A DNA stretch of 64,000 nt. Origin: Blasia pusilla (lineage: Eukaryota). The DNA lies in contig CM114271.1 in the NCBI GenBank assembly GCA_050084515.1, positions 15,686,001 to 15,750,000 of the forward strand, written 5' to 3'. Position numbers and translations under genes: made by a program. A model generated the notes under the pieces. The model ran no database searches and was not told the DNA's origin. It saw only the letters and a program-made list of their open reading frames with translations. Of this stretch, positions 53,201 to 64,000 are shown piece by piece; the stretch's first letter is position 1, and each line of letters begins with the position of its first letter.

Positions 53201-55547
53201 TGCGACTTAAAGAAGCATGAGTTATTGTCATAGATGAGTCTTCTATGCTTACCCCGCGTTTACTCCAGATTGTGTTGGATTCTCAACATCCACTTCTCTG
53301 AGCACCATTAATCTGATCGGCCCTCTTTGTATGAGGAGAAGCCTAGATTGATGGATCCGATTATACGTCGGAGGAGTCATAGTAATATGACGTAGGTAGT
53401 CTACAGAGTAGCGTTACTAAGATTATCTAACCCTATATTGCATCAGGGTGCGGGACACCCTAATGCAATATAGGGTTATATAGGGTGCAATATAGGGCAT
53501 CTGATGCAAAATTTTTCTATTAATAGAAACAAAGAAAAATAGGTAAAAACCCTAGCTCCCCGAGTAATGAAAAAGTCGGGAGCGGAAGCGGTAGTGCATT
53601 CTCATATGTCGAGTTATCTCCATGTTCAGGTTCCATCGAAGCTCTTTTGTGATCGCACGGACGGACTAGACCACTTTGTATCTCTAAGTTTTATAAAGAT
53701 TTCAGTGATTTTGTCACTTTCTGTTTTCTCACATGGTATCAGAGTGGTAGGTTTTCCAGTATTTTGTATCTGGCAATCTAGTGTGTTTGCACAAAATCTT
53801 GAGAGATGGCTACTTCTTCGTTAGTTCGTGCTTGCCTCCTCCTCTGGATGAAGGGAAGTTAGATGGGTGTAACTATACGTTGTGGAAGTTCAAAATGAGA
53901 ATTGTCTTCAAATCATTTGAGATCTGGGAGACGGCCACAGGGGTCGATTCGAATCCACAAGCTACTTTGAGTTTTGCATGTTCATCTTCATCTAGGGATA
54001 TTGATCCTGTTGTATTGTACTGAAATGGAAACGCAGAAATGCTGATGCTCTACATGCGAGAATCTGAATCTCGTGCCCAATCCGAGTCACAAAAACCTAT
54101 CATTTCCGTCCCTAGTCCATAGGTGATGCCGTACTCGATAGTGCCTTTGATGTACTTCAACACACGCATCCCTGCCTTCCAATGGTTCTCACGAGGCTTA
54201 GTTGAGAACCTACTCAACACTCCCACAGCGAAGCTAATGTCTGGTCTAGTGTTACACAAAAATATCAAACTGCCTACAAGCTTTTCAGACAACTTTTCAT
54301 CTACCAATGGTGAAACATCCTCCATCGAGAGTTTCAACTCTACCTCCATTGGCGAGACCACTGCCTTACACTCGGTCATCCCGAATGCCTTCAAGATTTC
54401 TCTAGCATACTTTTGTTGAGAGAGAAAAATAGAATCTGACTATTGCCAAATCTCTAGCCCTATAAAGTAGTGCAAAAGACCTAAATCTGACATTTCAAAC
54501 TCGGATTTCAACACTTCCTTCATTTCCTCTATTTTCTTACTGTGGTCTCCTGTGATGATAAGATCATCCACATACAGGACTATCAACATATACATCCCAT
54601 CTACGAATTTTCTATGCTTACCTCGTGTTTACTGCAGATTGTTGCAATAAGGTTGCATCAAGTATCATCGCGACCAAACCTTGATCCATTCTCAGAGAAA
54701 CTCTTATTATTGGTAGGTGACCTCTCTCACCTCCCTCTAGTTTGTCGACATAAATCATCTCACCTATGCCTAGTATGTCACATTTCATCATCGCCCTTTT
54801 CATCTCTCCATTGCCATCTGCCATTCTGGTGATACATCTTTCTTGAGTTTCCTATCTAGTGTAAGACACTCTAAACCGACAAGAGATCAAATAGACTCCC
54901 ATTTGCAACAATGCTTTGTTGATGAGAACCATGCTCTTGACTTTATTGATGGAAATACACAAATTATATGTTCTCATTGCTCTGATGTTCAACTATTTAA
55001 CTTGGTTGCACAACAAAGGCTGTATGGACATGCTGAAAATTTTCCTATCCATGTATCTAGTGACGCGCCTAACAATCCACAGTTTCATTAGTGGATTGCT
55101 GATTCCAACTTCCATCAACTACAATTTCTTGCTATCGACTGCAAGGTGATATTAACTTCAAACATTGACATAAGTAATCAGGTAGTCAATAGTGATTCTG
55201 GTACTGTTATTGAATGTCTCCATGATACCCACCATGTCACTGTAATTGTTATCAAGCTGCACTCTAATAGTTGAATTATTCATGTGACAAGAACAAACTT
55301 CTCTATGTTACAATACGGACCAAACCTCAAATACCATAAGAAGACATTTCCTATTGTTCTTGGGTATGCAATCACTGGTCATAAGAGTCAAGGCTTCACT
55401 ATGAATGGAAAATGTTTGCTAGTCATCAAGTCATCTTTTGTACCAGGCCTTGTGTATGTTTTGCTCTCCAGTGTGAAGAGTACATCCAATCTGCGCATCC
55501 TTGGGTCCTTGTCCCCATCAAATTTTGATATATTCACTGAGACATGA
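50260..55547 (+). mobile_element. Degenerate Helitron Rep/PIF1-helicase coding region
   Basis: FPFLFP, WGMPDLYLSLT, RY*LQGRGSLHSHIIFW (HUH), YLLKYALKCE. Helicase motifs: SGPPGCGKT (~52997), IVIDESSML, LLLVGDL..LP, FPIVLGYAITGHKSQG, GLVYVLLS. Confidence 0.9.
53273..54609. mobile_element. Rearranged Copia fragment inside the Helitron helicase: LTR+PBS+gag start (+) fused to inverted RT (-)
   Basis: LTR TGTTGG...CTCACA at 53273-53733; PBS TGGTATCAGAG at 53734; gag KLDGCNYTLWKFKM. Minus-strand RT (YVDDLII, TRPDISFAVG, FCDSDWA) at 54050-54609. Confidence 0.85.
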
Positions 55548-55602
55548 CTCTTATTCAGTTTACTCCAACTACTATTCGTCTCAACGCATATACTTCTTTA
55601 GA

Positions 55603-56304
55603 ATGGCGAACAACGATGGATCTGCAAGGTGTGGAAGAAAGTCCATCGCATCAGCATCACCAATTCCAGCTGCAAAGAAGTTTGCATTGCCCGTGCAACT
55701 TCTCCATCATTCAACAATGTTTTTAAGCGATAGAAGTTCACTCGACCGACGGCATTTTCTGCATGCACCTGAGGACATACAAGCTTGAAATGAAGAACCA
55801 GACCACCAAGCTACTTAAGTTTGCGCTAAATGCTATTTGCTTTTACATCTCGTACAGTGTGTTTCCAGCTGCTAACTATGTTATTCTCAGGTACCAAAGT
55901 CTTACGTAGACTTTTCCAAGATGATATTAAATGATATGCCCAAGCTACCTTACGATAGCCATCCTCAGATAATACCTCCGACTGATGCACAGTTGAAATA
56001 TGCTAACAACCTAGGATTAGATCAGTCTCACTATGGTGGCGAAATTTCCAACCGACAAATGAGCCAACTTATTGATCAGAGGAAGTCTTGAGCAGCGTCA
56101 TTCAGGGAGCTCAAAAAATAGCTACGAGCAACAGGTACTATTCATTTGCACTACTCTATTTATGCGTATTATGTGAAGTAGTTTTTTGGCTCTTATGTTG
56201 ATTACTCCTATTTGGTTTTTGTCCATATGTACTCAGGTATACAGAAAGAAGCGATGGTGCATAAAGGAATCCATTTCAATGAGTTGGAACTAACACGGCA
56301 ACTC
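55603..56304 (+). pseudogene. Decayed spliced ORF of unknown function downstream of the Helitron helicase
   Basis: Exon-like 55891-56134 and 56237-56304 joined by a phase-1 GT-AG intron. In-frame stops. Truncated by the LTR at 56305. Confidence 0.35.
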
Positions 56305-56900
56305 TCGTGCGGATACACATCGCTACACAACATACATCGCTGTCACCAAACACGCACGATCCCATGCTAACTTATGGCATCCAAACAATGAGATAAAAAT
56401 GTACCAAAATATCTCTAATAAAATAAGATCCAATCTCTCTCACAACACTATAGTTCTCACATGTCTCTCTCAACGTCAAACCAAACCCACTCTCCTAATG
56501 AGAGGCTTGGGTTACACACACAAGGCAAACAAGACCATAGCTCCGCCGTCTCTTGCCAAGAAGTTCAACAAAGAGAGAATGAGCTCTCAAGCTCTCTCTC
56601 CTTGAGATATACCCCTCCCCTCTCCCAATCTCTCTCCATGGTAACCTTTGCTCCCAAGTCACCTCCTTGGCTCTTGACCCGATGTAGGAGGTCAAGGGCC
56701 ACTTACCAAAAATAGAAAGTTGATCATATACTCAAAATGATACTTACCTAAAATAGTAAGTTCCTCAATATGGCTCTAAATGAGTTGAAACGAAAGGGAA
56801 ACCCTGCTCTCTCAAGTTTCCCAGGGCCTCAACAGGTCATCCTCAACCTACTCTCAGCCTGTCCTCACTACTAATGAAGGTGCTCTACTAGATCTCACCG
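56305..56900 (-). mobile_element. LTR of the DNMT-Gypsy family (longer copy, directly adjacent to the element)
   Basis: 56305-56415 matches 56927-57048; the sequence then continues with U3/R-like sequence. The right boundary is approximate. Confidence 0.65.
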
Positions 56901-57232
56901 ATCTATCCTAAAAGATGTGATAGTTGTCGTGTGCGTACACATTGCTACACAACATACATCACTGTCACTAAACACACACACAAACACGCAAGATCCCATG
57001 CTAACTCATGGCATCCAAAAAATGAGACAGGAAGTACCAAAATATCTCCAATCGCCCCCCTAGCTGGTGGTTACGTCCCTCTAACTCTAGATAGCCATCT
57101 ACCCCAAGTTACCATGACATACATCTCTCGGACGCTAAGATCAAGAAGGCCGGGTTCTCATGTGGCCCCATTGCTAGTCGCCTTCTTGTCATCCATGTCA
57201 CAGACACAAGTCAAAATGTAGAACTACCTACT

Positions 57233-57373
57233 TTATGTACATTTGGGACACATCCATCGTCCTGGAGGAACCCTAGTGAGAGGTGGCATCAAACATGCCA
57301 TATGCCATCCTCTCGAACATCCATCACATACTAGCATAGTGGTTGCACCATGGGCAGAACCACACAACATACA
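57233..57373 (-). other. PHD finger (C4HC3) at the C-terminus of the Gypsy integrase
   Basis: CMLCGSAHGATTMLVCDGCSRGWHMACLMPPLTRVPPGRWMCPKCT*; all eight Zn ligands present. Confidence 0.92.
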
Positions 57374-58016
57374 CTGTAAACCTACAAGAACTATTTCTAA
57401 GCTTCGGATCAAGTGTATCCATGATGATAGTAGGTCGATAACCACCTCAATGTTATCGATGTTGGGGAAGATGACATGGCATCAGGTCATTCAACACCTT
57501 CACATGGCCCTTCCAAACCATACAAGCGCGTCCTTCCAATAAGAGAACACGGGATGGCAAAACCTCACGTACTCTCAAGATGATACGCCCTATATTCACA
57601 TCCAATGTCATGGATGTCATCTATTATAAGAAGACATAGTCTCCATGATGATAGTAGGTCGATAACCACCTCCCCGAATAGTTGCATACCTCAACGTATC
57701 CCGATGTTGTGCAATCATCAAGTTCTCAAACGCCATGGGCATCACTCTAAACAAATCCCGAGAATCTCAAGAAGATCAAAGAGAACATGTTCACATCCAT
57801 ACATCTTTGGGTCATCAACTTTCAACACCTCACCAACATCTCGGTCCTCCTTGAATGGCCACTAGAAGCAATAGGTAAATCTGACTTTCGCCATAAAGCA
57901 ACAAGCATAATATAGTATTAGTTAGTTACGGTGAGAAAGACACTAAGGATGCAATGGATATGTGATGTAGAAGCTCTTAATTGTCAAGTGGAGAGGAGAG
58001 TGTGATCGCTCTTGAT

Positions 58017-58020
<4 letters not shown>

Positions 58021-58073
<53 letters not shown>
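58021..58073. repeat. (CT)n microsatellite interrupting the integrase
   Basis: About 26 CT units seen directly. Confidence 0.95.
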
Positions 58074-58076
<3 letters not shown>

Positions 58077-60869
58077 ATCCCATCGCCAACCATGGCAATT
58101 CTTTGAAGGTCCCAATATCCTAGGTGACCTCTTTGCAAGCCATACTTGCGTAGTCCTCTCTTCATTGTCTGCACAACTCGCTCCGCTAGTCCATCCGCCT
58201 CAGGATGATCTCACGAAGTAGTGCGGTGGTCGATCAATATCTGATCACTCAAGGCCAGAAACTCCCCTCGGAACTCTCTACCCTGGTATGTCAATACCTC
58301 AGCTGATGCGCCGTATTGACTCAACACTCGTTCTAGGAAGGCATACACTGCTCCCTCACTTGCTTTGTCAAGCAATGCAACCAACTCTATCCACTTTGAG
58401 AAGTACTCAACCATCACCAACACATATCGACTATGGCACTCCGTCAAAGGCAAAGGTCGTGCAAAATCCAAACTCCATCTATAACCTAAACCCATGATTG
58501 GAAGTGGATGCAACTCTGGAGTCAGAGCATTGAACAATGCTCAGACTCAATCACACACCATGCATCTGGCAACAAACTGCTACACGTCAGTCTGCATGCC
58601 TTGCCACCAATACTGAATTTGGAGCAAGTTGTACGTCCGCTTCACTCCAAAATGACCCAACTCCTCGTGGGCATGATGCACCAAATGTGCTCTCTGCAAA
58701 GGATGAGGCACTACATGCACTCTACCATCCTCCCACACTGGCAATACATGTGTGCCCTTCCACCGGAACTGTCTGGCTCGTTGTAGGATCCAATCCCGCT
58801 CTCTAGCATCCATTGTGCTTGCGACGGTGCCAATGCACAGGTACTCCAAGACCACTCCATCGTCGTGAATGTCTCGGCCACCTGTCGTCTCCTCGCCGGC
58901 CTCTGGATCTAAGGACTCTCCATCAGACCTCGCCATGCATCGAACTCTCAGCAATCTGGCCCTCAATAGCCAACAAGCCCAAATAGACTAATACATGCCA
59001 TCCTGGCACCAACTCCTCATCACTCTCACCATGCCAACGAGCTTCAGGCGTATCTCGCTGACTCGAGCATGGGTTACGGCTCAAACCATCTGCATCTTGG
59101 TTGAGCGTCCCAGGTCTATGCACCACCTGCAAGTCATACTCCGGCAACAAAAGAGTCCACCTCGCAAGCTTCTCTGTAAGCTTGTCGGACTCCATAAACC
59201 AGTTAAGTGGTTGATGATCACTAATGATGGTAAAGGGATTGCCAAATAGATAACATCTAAAATGTGCGACAACCCACACTACAGCCAAGCACTCATCCTC
59301 ATATGAGCTATACTTTGCCTCTGCAATGTTGTTCGAGCAACTTGCGTAAGCCACCACGAACTCTCTACCATCATTGTCATGCTGGGTGAGCAGGGCTCCA
59401 AGCCCCAACCTGCTCCAATTGATATGCAATTGGAAAAGACGCCCCCTGATCGGTCTCCTCAATATGGGCGCGGACGTCAATATGTCCTTGAGTATCTGAA
59501 ATGCTCTCTCTTGCTCATCACCCCAGTGCCACTCTGATCCACCTTGGTCATCAAGGTTAGGGGCTTCGCAATTGAACTAAAACCCTTGACGTATTGTTGA
59601 TAGAAGTTCGCCAATCCCATGAATGCACGAACTCGACTCACATGTGTAGGGCGTGGAATATGTGAAATAGCCTCTACCTTTGTCTATTGCACACCAAGGC
59701 CCTCTAGGTATATCGTATGAGCCAAGTACTCAATCTGGCCATAGAAGAACTTGCACTTGCCCGGATGTAGCTTCAGCCCATGTAACTGCAATCGTCGAAA
59801 TACCTCCTCTAGATGTCGCTCATGCTTCTCAACCGTGGCGCTAAAGACTACAATGTCATTAATATAACACCTAGCAAAATCCAGACTTGCCAAGATCCTA
59901 TCCATGACCCTGTGAAACTTAGTTGGGGCGTTCTGGTCTGTAGGACCCTGACTCCTCCCAGTAATCTAGGGAAAACCCCATCGGATATAACCCCGATTGG
60001 CAAGAACCGCCACTGGTACAAACAATCCTTCCCTTGAAGATCGATGCCCCAAAATGCCATCTTCTGCCTGTCCTCCAATCTGATAGGCAAATGATGGTAT
60101 CGGGCCCGCAAATCCAATGAACTGAAGACCTTTGCATGCCCAATCACATCAAAGATCTCCTCAGGGGTGGGCATGGCATACCTATCGGACTGCGTCTACC
60201 AATTGATAGGTCGGTAATCTCCACACATCCTCCTATCCGTCTAGTTGCAATGCACATCCTTCTTGGCGGGCATAACAATGGCAGATGCATACTCTCCAGG
60301 TGACATCTCCACTAGTCTTGCTCCAACCAAGTCCTGGCTCCTACTCTAAATCAAAGCCCTCTCCATGTCACTATACCTATAGGATCGTCGGAAGATCGAC
60401 GTGTCACTCGACAACTCAATACGGATCCTTGGACCCTTCTGCGTATCCAAATCATGCATACTAAATGCAAAATAGCTCCTATAACTCCTAAGGAACTGGT
60501 GTATCCCGCGCCGCTCTCCTCTTGTCAACTTAGGGCCCATATCTGGCTCCCAAGTCTCCATCGTGACTACGATAAGACTCTCCGGTGCGGGTGTCGGTGG
60601 TTGCTATGGTGCAACCCCATCTCGGACAATAGAACTCTCATCTCCACGTGTAGTACTCGAAACCACACTCAATGATGTGGCTATCATCTCTTGGCGTACC
60701 TGAAAAACATCCCAAGAAGTCCAAGGGTGTCTCTTCAGATCACCCTTGATGTGTCGATCTCCTCGGGTCTCACCCCTAGCCGTAGCCGCAATCGCCTCGG
60801 TAGGCATAGGGCTCACCAACGCAATAGCTGTGATCTATGCATCCTCAAACGATCGCTGCTCAACTACTC

Positions 60870-61825
60870 TTAAGCTGAAAATCCATGTCAAGTAGTTTAG
60901 GTCCATCGCTTGACCCAAGACATAACGTCGTCATGCCTCTAATAGTGACGATACTGCCGTCACTCCTGTGGGAAATCCCATTGCTCACTCTCGCTCATTA
61001 AAGTTGGGCTCCACCAACCTCTGTACTTGGTCATCCCAAACCAAGCCAGGTGCGGCCTCCTTGAATGCATAGGAAGCATGAATACTCACCAATGTGAGAA
61101 AGGCTTCCTGTGGCGTGCCAATCCTGTTGACCACAATCAAGGGCGATTGATCATCTAACCTCACTGCCTGTGATCGACGGCCCAGATCCAATATAGAATC
61201 CACTAACAAATCGTAGGGGCACTCCACTCTCGCATATGCCCTCCGTAACACCTTGTGTGGTACCAAGTTGGTCCACCAAAGACGCGGGCAATGTGCTCGT
61301 GAACCCACACTCACCGCATCTAAGAACACTGCGGGGCCGATCCATGCGCGCACCTGATGTGCACTCGTCACCACGTGGGACCTCGAATCGCCCAAAATTG
61401 GCACATTCTCCAAAATGTATGTTGAAGAACGAGGCTGATGCTCTTGTAAATATCGCAAGATCCGCATCATCTCCCAAAACAACATGGACCGAGTGTCAGC
61501 TAACCCACTACCCCGTCCAACACTTGATTGGCGCTGATATGACCACCCAACAATGACCAAGTCTATGGTCCCTACCCGCTCCAAGTCTTGCGCCCCCAAC
61601 AATGAAATGTCCCTCGGTAGGAAACTTTGGTAACCCTGAATGGCAAACGCAGACAACAAGTCGGGGAAATGGAGGCATAACAACGCCACATGGTGAAGTG
61701 AAGCGCGCCTTGCAACATCATCAATCTCCACATATAGGTACTACTGCACGTGCACTCCAACATGTAAAACAGCAGCTAACCCAGTGTTGATCTCTCCAAA
61801 GAGATCCAACACCCAAATACCCTTC
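60870..61825 (-). pseudogene. Retrotransposon-encoded C5 cytosine DNA methyltransferase domain (DNMT3-like), decayed
   Basis: One reading frame with stops. Motif I VLDLFGEI, II YVEID, III RDI, IV IDLVIVGWSYQ (from GWPCQ), LFWE, VI YILENV, VIII AHCPRLWWTNL, IX ERE*AMGFPTG.T, X VLGQAMDLN. Confidence 0.9.
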
Positions 61826-64000
61826 TCTCGGATGCACCACACAATCGGGGTGGTGTCCAAAGGGGTCATAGAAGCACTCCTACGTACTTGGGGTTCCTCT
61901 TACCTTTCACACTCTGGTGCAAACGTCTTGTTCCACGCGGTTTGCAGATGTTTAGTGGCTAAGCGTCGGAGCTCCTCAGTCGAGCCCCAAAGCGGCACCT
62001 CTCCTCCACGCACTGATGCGGCTACTATGACACTCCTCTGCATAGAAATGTCAGGAACGGGAGTATCCTAAGCATAGACTATGCCAAGGACCTCCTGTCG
62101 GGTGATATATCTCAATCAAATCACTAGGCCAAGTGATGGCACTGCTAAATGCTGCTAAGGTCAGCATCTCTCCTAGCCTTTGCTCGATCACTCCACCAGT
62201 GAATCGAACGGGTAATGAGCTAAGGCGCCCATCAAGACTCTACATCAGTCACTATTGCCTTGGCTCGCACTACGGACTCATCTGTAGGATGTCCCGGGCG
62301 AATCCTTGCCACGACCTCCTGTCGGGTGATATACTATGTGGTACTTGCTCCACCCAAGATGTCTATATCCGGAATGGACAATGCTCCATATCGGCTCTCG
62401 ACAAGCCCAATCCTCTGAATGACGCTTTCCCCAACATCAAGGGTTTTGCTCCTGAATCCAACAAGATGCGATGCGGACTAAAAGCTCTACCTCCGGGACT
62501 CACCAACTAGAAGACCTCTCCCTGGTTATCCAGCAACACAACACTAGGAGAAACCATGGCACGCCCTATCGCGGGTCCAGCCATCCTAGCAACCTAGCGT
62601 TGCCATGAATCTGACGTGGATGGCCCGAGCATCCGCTCCAAGGGCAGGTCCATCACCTCCTCTGCAATCACCTCTGAACGTGATGCAGGAACTCCAACTC
62701 CACGCTCACATAGCATAGCGGCCAACCGAAAAACCTCGGCGGGTGTACCTCCCAACGTCATAACATTGGAAGCAAAAAATAAAGAAGTGCGATACACAAC
62801 GGTGGCCACGCCAACAACATCCTCGACACATGCCCCTCGTAAGCACCAACAATAGAAGTCGTCACACTCGCTTCTCCCATCGCCCTCCGCGCCTGCACAC
62901 CAACAACATCACAAACTCTACAGGAACTCTCATCAAGACCCATCGATGGGGTCCTCATCGCTTCGGACAACGTGAAAGACTGAGGAAGCCTAGTCTATTT
63001 CTTGGCTTCCCCTCACTGTGGATCCAACTTTGCGGCTGCTCCACGCGTCACAATTGCGGCGGCCTCCATCTAGGCAACTCCGCATATCCAACCAGGATCC
63101 TCCATATCTCTGGCTGCTCCATATGATGTTGATGCCACGGATCCGGCATCGGGTAACCTCAATGCCATAGCGGCAATCTGCTCCAGTAGTTGCTGTATCT
63201 GAGCAGCCATCCCAGCCTCATGTTTGGCGTCTCCCTCGATGCGTCTAGGTGGTGGGACTCTACCTCCTCCATGGGAAGCTCCACCACTCTGTCGGGCAAC
63301 TCCAGCTCCTCGTCCCCCAACGAGACCACCTGGTGCACGATCTCTAGCCCACCCCGACCGGCTACTCGCTCTGGTGCCATCTTTGGCCCTCGGTCCGGAC
63401 GTAGCTCAGGGTGTAAGCTGAAACACCTGAGACGTGTATGACCATACCTCTAACAATAGTCAAATTGATAACCTCCTGTTCCAGCACTATCTCCTCCTTC
63501 ATGTTGAGGCACACGTCCATGACCTTGATGAATGCAATCGCGCTCATGATGGGCTCCACCACATGACCAACAAGTAATCGTAGGCAGCTGCTGTTGAGCC
63601 GCATATGAAGGTGCAAGTCTCTGTGGCATGGCCTCGTGGTATGCTCCTTGAGCTTCAGGTGCCACAGTCGACCTATCTTGGAGTCCACGTTGCTACATTG
63701 GTGATGCAGAAAATCGTGATTGCTCTCGCCCAGAACCCATGGTGGCTTCACTCTCCTCCGCCATGTTCCGCTCAATGTTCTCGGCGGTCCTTAAAACATC
63801 TCTCAACATAGAGGTGTTCATAAGGAGCACCCCCTCCCGCACCCGTGTCCGCAGGGTCCGATCCAGCATCGCGTACCATGACTGGATAGCCTGAGCCACT
63901 ATCACCCCCTGAGTGACATTGATCAACCGCCGCAAGCCAGTGTAAGCCTTATGCAAACTCTCACCCGGGCGCCTGTGGAAGTCGTGGATGCTCCGCAACT

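Larger units (their letters stand above)
56925..64000 (-). mobile_element. Degenerate Ty3/Gypsy retrotransposon, gag-PR-DNMT-RT-RH-INT-PHD (5' end beyond window)
   Basis: gag CCHC (CWSCGGAHHERDC), PR LLDSGA (~62450), RT (MPTPEEIFD, CYINDIVV), RH (VVAYAS, DHQPL, ADGLSR), INT (HAHEELGH, WSLDF). PPT AGGGGGCGAT. Partial 3' LTR 56925-57050. Confidence 0.95.

Noticed and set aside
57977-58221. ERERER / SLSLSL ORFs
   Set aside because: Translation of the (CT)n microsatellite.

Overview
Eukaryotic nuclear DNA from a land plant, most likely a bryophyte or other non-seed plant (inferred from spliceosomal GT-AG genes with plant protein signatures and the transposon repertoire). There are three host genes. 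(1) The 5' end of a monodehydroascorbate reductase gene (minus strand, runs off the window). (2) An intronless F-box/kelch-type gene. (3) A 12-exon plastidic glucose transporter-like MFS gene whose ninth intron (9.9 kb) is a nest of Copia elements. The rest is transposon-derived: two CRE-like RLE non-LTR elements, an APE-LINE remnant, two Helitron Rep/helicase copies, several Copia elements and solo LTRs with target-site duplications (TSDs). The most interesting object is a decayed Ty3/Gypsy element at 56.9-64 kb. It carries a DNMT3-like C5 cytosine methyltransferase between protease and reverse transcriptase, plus a PHD finger at the integrase C-terminus. All family assignments come from recognising motifs by eye; no searches were run.
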